A DNA stretch of 47,627 nucleotides, filler included, from Jimgerdemannia flammicorona (taxonomy: Eukaryota): NCBI GenBank assembly GCA_003990765.1. It is 2 parts of 2 records of this genome, joined end to end, with 100 filler letters (N's around TTAATTAATTAA, not from the genome) between each part and the next. Parts side by side here need not be neighbours in the genome. Positions count along the whole stretch, not along the records: positions 23,872 to 47,627 come from RBNJ01001069.1; 1 more part is not named here. One strand, given 5' to 3'. The position numbers and the translations under genes were made by a program. This document shows, piece by piece, positions 38,383 to 47,627 of the stretch (the stretch's first letter is position 1; each line of letters starts with the position of its first letter). The notes under the pieces were generated by a model that saw nothing but the letters and a program-made list of their open reading frames with translations, did no database searches and was not told where the DNA came from.

Positions 38383-40224
38383 ATGGTGACCCAGGGTTCA
38401 TCAAGCTCTGAGTGTTTGGAGAGAAGGAGGCCTGGTCTGGGTCTCCCCAAGAGTTTCGCGGCAACAGTTGGAGCAGGTATAGGGGCAGGAGGAGTAGGTG
38501 GTCAGGGGAGGCAGGCTGGCATTGTGAGTTGGCACACAGTGATGGGGGGCAGGAGGGTAGCTACTAGGCCCATAGGGGTAGGGCAGGGGGGGCATAGTGT
38601 TGACAGGGGTAGGAGTCAGGTGACCAGCCAGGTGACAGGTCAGGTGACTGGTCAGGTGCCTGCTAGGGGCCAGGGATCCGGAAGTGGTGTGGCTGGGACT
38701 GGTATTCCTGGGGCTGGGCCAGTGGCTGGGGTGACTGCTGGAGTATCAGAGAACAAGAAGAAGGTGACGATGGCAGCTGGATCTGGTGAACTGGTGGTGC
38801 GTCCCTTCTTCCACAAATCAGTGTCGACATGGGCCATATCAGCGAATTTTTTGGGGCTGGGGATGTCGGCGAGAGAGGTCTTGCAGCTAGTTGGAGAGGA
38901 GATTGCAGGGGCAGAGTCGCTGAAGTTCATCCCATCAGCTGAGGCAGTTGAGATAGGATTCATCAAGGAGGAGGAGATAGTGAAGGCCTTGGAGAAAGGG
39001 CTGATCATCAAGAGCATCAAGGTTGGTATGGCAAGGTGCCTGAGGTGGGACCCATGGGCAGTGTGACTGGTGATTGAAGGGCTGCCGACACTGGGGAGAC
39101 AGGAGACCAAAGGAATGGTGGCAGAGGCACTGGGGGCATTTGGTGAGATGGTTGACTTCGGGTTCATATTTTGGGAGGGGACCAAGTTGAGGAATGGCAA
39201 CTGCGAGGTGATGGTGAGGCTGGAAGGCAAGGAGGCCATAGGGCAAGGGAGGGACTGGCCAGAAGTAGTTCGCATCGGAGGGCAGGAGTGCAAAGTATGG
39301 AGAAGGAAGGGCTCGGAACAGGAGGAGGAGGAATTGCTAGTCGCCCTAGAGGAGAGAGAGGCTGCGAAGGAATTGCGGAAGAGGAAATGGGAGGAGTTTG
39401 CCAAGGATTGGATCTGGATTCCTACTGATGGGAAGAGGAAGAGGTGGTGAAGGGCAAACTGGGAGTGTCTGCAGACAGTCCTCCAGGGCTTGAAAAGGGA
39501 GGAGGAGGAAAAAGCAGAGATGGCCAAGAGTCAAATGGAAGGGTGGAGATGGCTGAGGTGTCCTTATCACAACTAGGGGGTGTGGCAGATTCTACTCATG
39601 TACCAGTGACAGGGAAGTGGGCGAATAAGGAGGAGGCAACCACTGGGGGCTTTGAGGAGGTTGTCGAGGTGGTACCAGAGACCCAGTTGGAGGATGTTCA
39701 TATGGCGGGAGCAGCAAATGTGCATTGGGAATGCCCAGAGGCAGGCGAAGTAGTTAGGCTGAAGAAAGGCACTGAGGAGGATGATCTGGTGGATGTGGCT
39801 TCCGATGTTTCGGCAGATAGAGAGATGCTGCAGGAGGAGCAGGACTCCAAGGCCTGCCACCCTGGGGCCCATGGTGATGACGGCAGATGACTGGTATCAG
39901 GCAGTGCTCAAGGAACTCATGGAGGAGGATATCAAGGAAGTGGATGTGTTTAATGGATCACAGGAGGCCTGGGAAGGATTTCTCAATGTGGCATTGCAGG
40001 GGCCAAAATTGGTGACAGCAATGGTGGCGGCTCTTCTGGATGATGAAGGATATGAGGGTGATGAGGACCATATGGCTGAAATCAGAAAGGTGGCATCAGA
40101 GCGAGTGGCAGTCTTTTGCAATGGGGTGAATGGAGCATGCATCTGGAGGGGTATCTGCGAAGAATGGAAGGCTATTACTTGCAGTAGGGCTGAGAAGGTG
40201 GCGGCGAATCAGGTGGAAATTTAA
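38383..40224 (+). pseudogene. LINE ORF1 (~610 codons, RRM-like core), disrupted
   Basis: IEGLPTLGRQETKGMVAEALGAFGEMVDFGFIFWEGTKLRNGNCEVMVRL is an L1-type ORF1 RRM pattern; TGA stops at 39064 and 39448; two compensating frameshifts (~39540, ~39845). Confidence 0.8.
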
Positions 40225-40236
40225 ACATTTACATTC

Positions 40237-43200
40237 ATGATGATGAACAGTCTACATATATTATCACTAAATGTCAATGGTTTGCATGATGGAGTGAAGC
40301 GAAGATGTTTGTTTCAGTGGCTGAAGAACAGGAGGTATGATTTGATATTTCTGCAGGACGTTCGGGCCTATGGGGAGCAAGATTATGAGGAGTGGAGCAA
40401 GGAATGGTATGGTAGCACAGGGTGGAATGAGCAGGTGGGCGTTCTGGTTGGCTTGGGGAGAGGAGAGCTGTAGGAGGTCGAGAGGTATAGTGATCAATTG
40501 GTCTGGAGGAGACTGAAAGGAGGAGCAGACGATGGGCTTGTAGTTGGCTCAGTGTATCTGCCAGCAGTTGGCAGAGACTGAAACCAATGGGTGGATGGTT
40601 GGCTGGATTGGGAAGGCCGAGAGGAGATTGGGCTGGACATTTTGGGAGGGGACTTCAACATGGTTCGTGAAAGGACATTAGATAGGTCTGATGGTGGAGT
40701 TGGCGTGGCGGTTTCTACAGGGCTCTCACAATGGATGCAAGTTGAGAAGGAAATGGGATTGGTTGATGGAGTTCGACAACGTCAGGGTGAGAAGTCAGGG
40801 CCATTTACTAGGTGGCATCTGGTTGGTGAGGATTTGGTTGGTACAAGGATTGACTGAATTCTGGTGGCAGAACGCTGGGGTAATGTTTTCGATTCAACTG
40901 AGGTACGGTGGTGTCCCTGGTCAGATCACTGGGGTGTAGAGGTGTGTGGGAGATTCTAGGTGGCCAGTAGTGGTGGAGGCAGATGGTGACTTAATGTGGC
41001 ACTACTCAAGAGACGGGTGGAGCGGGACTAGTTTGTTAAAATTGCAAGACAGGAAGTGGCACGGTGGGAGAATAGTGGCTAGTCAATAGCACAGTGGTGG
41101 GGAAAATTTAAACATCTGGCAGGTGCATACTGGCATGATGTAGGAGAGGTAGCGGGAAGGGAGCAGAAGGATAGAGAGAGGAGAGTAGAGCAGGGGCTGC
41201 GCTGGCAGTTGAGACTTTTAGAGGGAGAGAACCCCTCAGGGAAATGGCGCTCCCTGTTGATCAAGGAGGTGGCAGAGTTGTGGTCGGATTTGAAGGCTGC
41301 AGAAGATAGGGTGGTGGATAGGTTGCTGGCAAGATTGTGAGCCAAGTGGCTGGAAGAAGGAGAGTGACCCACCAAATACTTGTCCGGCATCTTGAAGGCC
41401 AGGAGGGTGAGGCACAGCTGGGCTTCCGTGTTGTGGGAGGATGGCACTGAGGTGACCAATATCACAGACATGCTTGGGGAGATTTCTGGTCGATGGTGCA
41501 CCCTATGGCAGGATGATGGAGGGCTGGTGGAGGGAGAGGCAGCACTGGAGGACAATAACAATTTGGTCGGCAGCTGGCCAGTGGTGGCAGAGCCGACAAT
41601 TGGTGGGGCAGTAATAGGTAGGGTCCCTTGAAGAAGTGTTAGAGGTTCTGAGGAAAGCGCAGACTGGTTCATCGCCAGGGGAGGATGGACTGCCTTGGGA
41701 GTTCTGGAAGGAGTTTCAAACTGAGTTTGGGGAATGGCTTGTGGAAATGGCGAACTTTACACTGGGGGAAGGCTGCTGGATTGGCAATGGCTCCTTATGG
41801 CTAGTCTCTCTGCTATATAAGGAGAAAGGGGACAGACATGTGTGGCAGAACTGGAGACCCATCATGTTACTGAATGTGGATAGGAAGTTGGTCTCCAAGA
41901 TTCTGGCAGGGAGAATGCAACAATAGATTGGCCGATTGGTAAGCGACGAACAGCAAGGGTTTGTGAAGAGGAGACAGATTAGAGACAGTACAGCATGGGT
42001 GCAAAATGTTTTGGAAGGTTGTCGAAGCCGGCAAGTAGACGGAAGGATGGTGTTTTTGGACCAGGAGAAGGCTTACAACAGGGTGCGGTGGAACTACTTG
42101 GAGGCAGTTCTATGGAAGGCCAGGTTTGATATGGGGGAGGCTTGAAAGCTGATAGGTCTGATGCAAGGTTGCCGGGTTGCAGTGTTGATGAATGGGTAGA
42201 GTGGTCCGGAGTTCCTCTTAGGGCGAGGTGTGCCACAGGGAGATCCTCTCTCACCCCTGCTTTACATTTTATCTTTGGAGCCCTTGTTGGTGTGGTTGAA
42301 GGGGAGGCTTACCGGATTGAAAATGGGGGATGTGGTCTGGAAGATGGGGGCCTTTGTGGACGATATAGTAGTAGGGTTAGGCATGTGGAAGATGTGGCGA
42401 GCTTACAGGAAGGGGTAGGACAGTATGAGATGCTGGCAGAAGTGAAGCTGAACTGGGGCAAGTGCGAGACTATGGAGCTTGGAGCTGGATTGGGGGAGCA
42501 TGTACATTTTGGACAATTAGTTAGACCTGGGGAAGCAGTTCGATATCTGGGCATCTGGTTCTCAGTTTATGGGACAGTGCTGCCAAAAGAGTGGTGGTGT
42601 GGAATGATACAGAAGTGGGAGAATGCCTTGGTGGGCTGGTCTGGAAGGGGCTTCTCCTTGGTTGGGAGGATTGTAGTTTTGAATGTATATTGGTTACCGA
42701 AGCTGTGGTACTTGGGGTACCACCTGGACTTTCCAGGATGGGTGGTTCAAAAGCTGAAGAAGGTGGTCGAAGGATGGCTGTGGCAGGGAAGAAGATTGCA
42801 GATTAGCTGGGAAATTATGGTGATGGCGAAGGCAGATGTAGGTCTGGGGTTGGTGGACTTCAGAAGGTGGCTAAAGATACTTCGAGGCTGGTGGGGTTGT
42901 CGAATGGCAGAATTAGGAGGGGAGGGTTGGAGCAAACTGGCTATGGATAATTGGGAAGTTAGGTTCTACCCCCAGAGCGAGGCTCAGAAGGACATGTGAG
43001 GTTTGCTCCAGGTTGGAAGGGTTAGCAGGTTATGCTATAGGGGATTTTGGTGGGGTATTGTAGAAGCTTGGCTGGCAATAGGTCTCATGGGCCCAGAACC
43101 TGGCGAAGAGGAGGAGGACTCAGATCGACAATGGTGGCAATTTGGTGTGATTCGTATTGGCAGCTTCCCGTTGGTGGAATACTCTTTGTCTGGGGCGATG

Positions 43201-43552
43201 GAGTGGATCTGGACAGGTCCGCTTGAGAGGTGGCCAGTTAGTTGGCAGAAGGCTGGGTTTGGAGAAGAATGGGAGTGGGGTCGGGTTTGGGGCTGGGGGA
43301 CCTTGCTACTCAAGATTGCCCCACCCAAGTTCTGGGTGGTATAGTGGTGATTTCTGCAGAGGAACGTCATGCTGGGGTACAGGACAGGGTGGATGGTAGA
43401 GGAAGGTGTAAGGGAATGTGAGTGGTGTTGTGAGCTGGATGGGGGAGTAGTGCAGACTCCGGAGCAAGTTCTGGCTGCCTGTCCAGGGGTTGAAGGATTT
43501 TGGCAGATGTTGGAAGGGTATTGGGGGGAGAAGAGTGAGCGGGCAGGGGGCC
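40237..43552 (+). pseudogene. LINE ORF2 (APE, RT, zinc finger), disrupted
   Basis: SLNVNGL, FLQDVR, GGDFN, RID, WSDH; SPGEDGL, NWRPIMLLNVDRK, DQEKAYNRV, PQGDPLSPLLY, AFVDD, RYLGI, CEWC..QTPEQVLAAC. Confidence 0.93.
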
Positions 43553-44328
43553 TGTAATAGAACGATGAATGATGAATGACAAACGACGAGCGATCACATG
43601 ACCTGATGAGCGATGACGTCATCATATGAACGAAGCGCAACATATGAATAACGAAAGAATGAACAATGTGAAATGACACAGAAAACGATATCCAGCTTAT
43701 CTCCAACAATCGGCGCCACAGCAACAGTTACCACAGTTGCTGATCATTGCCTAGTAATTGAGGTCCTGATCACAAAGTTGTTTTTGCCAAAAACCACCTG
43801 ATAAAGGTCGCGATCACAAACCTCATTATAGTTACCAAATTAGTCACTCATACTTAGTCAGAAATCGCAAACCAACTTGTATAAATACCCCCCAGTTTCC
43901 ATCCGAAATAAACCAGTTTTAGTTCAGTCCTTGATACAAGAATCAAGTCCCCCCCACACACACACATTCCCCTGAGTCTTAGTAATGACATCTAAGTGAC
44001 TCTAGTGTTTCTGACTAAACTGCAGAAGCCTAGCTAACTTCTGCCAGAACTGAGACCGGTATATAAATCCCCAAAGACTTAAGTAAACCCATTGAATCTG
44101 AATTCCAAGGCGAATTCAGTCTGTGCACAGCAAAGAATAAGACCCTCGAAATAGGGTGCAACAGAAAGACCTTTGAAAGATGAGGTACTACTGCTATAAC
44201 TACTTTAAGCGAGCGCTTCCTCAAACTGAAGGCTCCTTGGTATACATTGTGTACTAAGTCCCTAAGTAATAGTCCACTTCCCTAATTATCCTAAGGATAA
44301 GAGAGGGATAGAAGTGAGAGTTATTACA
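43553..44328 (+). repeat. 5' LTR, 776 bp
   Basis: TGTAATA...TATTACA 7-bp inverted termini; TATAAATA at ~43880 and AATAAA at ~43907; second copy at 25023-25809. Confidence 0.93.
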
Positions 44329-44331
44329 ACT

Positions 44332-44343
44332 TGGTAGCAGTGG
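44332..44343 (+). promoter_or_regulatory. Primer-binding site, probably initiator tRNA-Met
   Basis: TGGTAGCAGTGG 3 nt after the LTR; TGGTAGC is complementary to the GCUACCA 3' end typical of fungal/animal tRNAiMet. Confidence 0.75.
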
Positions 44344-46028
44344 ATTACCAGCTAAGAAGGCACCAAGGAACACACTCCTGAAGTTAGAACAAGACCAACC
44401 TCGGACAGGAGTAACCCCCAGAAATAACTGTAGATCCTCAAACCAGAGCCAGAGAAGCCCTTGCCATTAGGACCAGGTGGTACCAGGAAACCACAGACCT
44501 AAGGACCCACCAGCTTGTAATTGACCAGGCTTACAAGGATCTATATCAGGCCTTTAGGACATATCACCCAGGACTTAGGAATATTGTTAGCTGCCATAGG
44601 TTCTACGAACTCCTCCGAGGACACATTGGAACCACTAGGACCCCAGAAACTACTATTGCAGCCACCCAGGATTTTTTAGATTATATTACACCCCCTGCTG
44701 CAAGAGAAGCAGCTGCCAAGTGGATTGCCTCTGACAGATATCACCATACTCCAACCAAGACCTCCCTCTACTACAGGCTAGTTGTATACTATGCCTCTGC
44801 CATAACTAGGTATAAGAATGAGCAAGCAGGCCAACTATCCCCTACTGCTGAACAAGGAGCAGGCCCATCAATTCAGCCCGAGACTGATATCCTCTTTGAA
44901 GGACCTAGTCAGTACGAGGATGCACTATCTCATCAGAGAAGGGAGTCAGACGAAGAATCTACATGTCACCAGTCTGACGATAGCCAATGAGGAACAGCAG
45001 GCCTAGGAATTTACCAAGGAACTACAGGTCAAGAAGATCAGACCTCAGAACCAACTCAGCCACCTATACCGAGATTTGGTTTACCCTCTCTCACAGGACT
45101 CTTTGACTTAATATCCGGGAATCAAGCAACCCCAAGCCATACAGCACCACAACCCCACCAAGTGGAACAATCTTCAGGAGAATCTACCCCAACAGTTCCA
45201 CCACCGATAGTCAACACAATGGTAGATGCTAATATTACAGCACTGACCACCCAGCTAGCAGCACTAGCAGGGATAGTAGGACAGATTGCTGAACATAACA
45301 AACCAACCAAGACCTTGCGAATCCCAACATTCAGTGGAAAAAACAGTGACATCAAAAACTTCATCAATGTAGTTGATACAGGCTACCGAGCAAATCAATG
45401 GAATGACAACTGAGTACCTATAGGAATGCTCACCAACAACCAGAACAGCACCCTTCAACAGCTGTTTGCCACATCAGCAGCACAAGTAGAAACAGTAGCC
45501 ACATTCTTCACTGGAATATCAGCTGAATTCTGGCAAACCTTGGAACAACACCCAGTAACCTGGGAATCCCGCCCTCAAGTCAATGGACAAGTACCTGGCA
45601 ACAATAGACCAGGTTGGGATAACTATGAAGCAGGCCCAGGACTCAAGGCCTTGCTACTGACCAAATTCCGAAATGCAGCCTACATATAAGAAACATGGAA
45701 CAAACTGTCCCAGATGAAGTTCCACAAGAATGGCAAAGAGGATCTAGAGACCTTTGCCACCAGAATGGATGCCTATCTCAAAACAGTTGGACTAACCTAT
45801 CAGGAGAACAATTTGGCCATCAATGGTACCAGAGCCAACCATCTCTTTGCAGCCCTACCAGACTGGCTCACCCAGAAGATCAAGGAACGAGGTCTTCCCC
45901 AAGGATGCCCCCACTACTCATGGTGCTTTGCCCAAGTACAAAGAAGAGCCCACGAAATCCTTGCTGCACAAGCTCCACGAAATCAAGAACACAAGAAAGA
46001 TACTCAAGACAGGAGAAATCCTACCAGA

Positions 46029-46085
46029 AGAAATGATCAAAGAAATGACCAAAGATATGATCAAAGATATGATCAAAGGAACCAG
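46029..46085 (+). repeat. 12-bp coding tandem repeat (RNDQ RNDQ RYDQ RYDQ RNQ)
   Basis: AGAWATGAYCAA units upstream of the zinc knuckle. Confidence 0.85.
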
Positions 46086-46286
46086 CGAAACCCCAGAGGA
46101 CCCAGACCTCCCACTGAGGATGAGAAGAAGCAGCTCCGCGAAAAAGGATTGTGCTTCATCTGCAAGAAGGCAGGACACATCTCAGTCAAATGCCCTGAGA
46201 AGAGAAACAGATTGGGTGAACCCAGTAACCAGAACATTACTGTCATTAGAGAAGGCCCAGGAAAGAAGAACCCTGAGAATATCATC

Positions 46287-46694
46287 AAAGTACAGAAGAT
46301 ATGGTACAAGGCTACCATCCCCACCAAGGCTCACCCAACTGATGCTGGATATGACCTCTACAGCAGCCAAGACCTCACCATCCCACCAAGTACTAATGCT
46401 ACAGTGCAAACAGGAATTGCAATGCAAGCCCCCAGAGGTACATACATCCACCTTGCTGAGCGAAGCAGCCTAGCCAAAGAATTCAACATTGGGCTAGGAG
46501 GAGGAGTAGTTGACCAAGGATTTACTGGTGAAATCTGTGTCATCTTGCGAAATTTTGGAGATACCACATTTGAAGTCAAAACAGGCCAAAGGATTGCCCA
46601 AGCAATCATCGAAGAAATCTGTCAAGATCTCACTATTGAAGAAGTCCCCGAACTCTCTCAGACAGACTGTGGCAAGAAAGGGTTTGGATCTACC
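46287..46694 (+). CDS. dut: Trimeric dUTPase domain within the Gypsy polyprotein
   Basis: All five motifs in order: DAGYDL, ERSSLA, GVVDQGFTGEI, GQRIAQ, CGKKGFGST (R>C explicable by CGT>TGT); no stop within the domain. Confidence 0.95.
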
Positions 46695-47627
46695 AACAAA
46701 CCTCCCAGTCAAAAGGTCACTACCATGAAGAAAGTTAATGAAAACTGGTACAAGAGAATTGCAGATGGTTATGCACTATGTGGATGATGCCCTCATTCCA
46801 TTCGAATGTACTGCATGGAACATGTTGGTGAATGCCATGCATGCCTCTCCAAAGTTTTCAAAATTCAATCTGAGAAATGCCAAGCTCAACAGACTGAGGA
46901 AACCAAACAAGACAACCCTCCTTGTGAAGGATGGGGAGAAACTGACTTCGAGGAGACTGACAGCAATTGGAACAATAATGAGGATGAAGAGCTCAATACC
47001 ATCAAGAAGGAGGATAGTTGCATCAAGTTCACAGGCTAAGTCCACAGACAAAATGTTAATGTCTTGCTTGATAGTAGTGCTACTGGAAACTATATCAGTA
47101 CCAAGACTGCCAAGAGGATTGGAGCCCGAAGCAGACCAACTACGGAGAAAAGAAGTGTTACCTTTGGTGATGGAAAGACTGCACCATTGACTAAGATCTG
47201 TGAAGACCTTTTGCTCAAGATTGGCAAATATCAAGAGAAGTTGGACTTCAGCATTGTAGACCTCTCAGGACAAGACATTATCTTAGAAAAAGCCTGGTTG
47301 ACCCAGCACAACCCAGACATCAACTGGAGAACCAACGAGATTAACCTGACCCATGAGGGCAGAAAGATTACTCTGATACCCCAGGAAGGTACCAACCACC
47401 AAGGAATCGAAATCATCTCTGCCATTCAAATGAAGAGACTCTCTCGAAAAAAGGGAAACACCTACTTCATCTGTACTGTACAAGAAGTCACTGAAGCTAT
47501 GAGCAGCCCAATTCCAACAGAAGCTTAAGAACTGTTTGAAGAATTCCAAGATGTATTCCAAGATCCTCAAGGACTCCCACCCAAGCACCAAATCCAACAT
47601 GGAATTGATCTTATTCCGGGATCTGAA

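Larger units (their letters stand above)
38187..43552 (+). mobile_element. L1/Tx1-like LINE, family B; least decayed LINE in the window, cut by the Gypsy LTR
   Basis: 5'UTR confirmed by the inverted copy at 24260-24905; ORF1 38383-40224; ORF2 40237-43552; many CpGs retained. Confidence 0.93.
43553..47627 (+). mobile_element. Ty3/Gypsy LTR retrotransposon with dUTPase (5' portion; continues beyond window)
   Basis: 5' LTR, PBS and gag-dUTPase-protease-RT order, with protease followed directly by the typical pre-RT motif FQDVF..GLPP.H.IQH.IDL.PG. Confidence 0.95.
44415..47627 (+). pseudogene. gag-pol: Single-frame Gag-dUTPase-PR-RT polyprotein with premature stops
   Basis: ORF-track pieces at 45162, 45426, 45714, 46806 and 47064 share one frame, separated only by stops at 44988, 45411, 45687, 46785, 47037 and 47526. 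Capsid-like IPTFSG..IKNFI; knuckle CFICKKAGHISVKC (46152-46193); protease VLLDSSATGNYIS..DIILEKAWL..HNPDINW. Confidence 0.9.

Noticed and set aside
32864..43724. Numerous Ser/Pro-rich antisense ORFs over the LINEs (up to 291 aa)
   Set aside because: Expected shadows of a G-rich coding strand; no motifs and no consistent boundaries between copies.
45695..47190. Overlapping alternative-frame ORFs suggesting a gag-pol frameshift
   Set aside because: All recognisable domains lie in one frame, so no frameshift is required.

Overview
Eukaryotic, transposon-saturated fungal-type DNA. A Crinkler gene with short GT-AG introns suggests an early-diverging/Mucoromycota-like fungus, but that is inference. 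An artificial 100-bp linker (N44-TTAATTAATTAA-N44, 23772-23871) joins two contigs. The only intact host gene is a six-exon Crinkler (CRN) effector-like gene (7554-10082, about 560 aa) with a CRN ubiquitin-like N-terminus, two further small domains and a PD-(D/E)xK-type nuclease with an NLS. It sits in a CpG-retaining island. The rest is retroelements: two related L1/Tx1-like LINE families (A and B; at least 8 copies or fragments), several LTR relics, and a Ty3/Gypsy element (43553 to window end). The Gypsy single-frame polyprotein reads: long unknown N-terminal extension, Gag, CCHC knuckle, dUTPase, Cys/His cluster, protease, start of RT. An older inverted copy of the same LTR family carries an extra ~270-codon ORF just upstream of its PPT. 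Main points of interest: (1) a same-strand stack of elements (27.3-47.6 kb), each breaking the previous LINE near its ORF2 C-terminal zinc finger and broadly getting younger left to right; (2) a RIP-like C>T/G>A decay that hits CpG, CpA and CpC but largely spares CpT, and that stops at the gene; (3) the dUTPase/accessory-ORF Gypsy; (4) the phase-1 modular CRN. All alignments and translations were done by eye, and boundaries of decayed elements are approximate.
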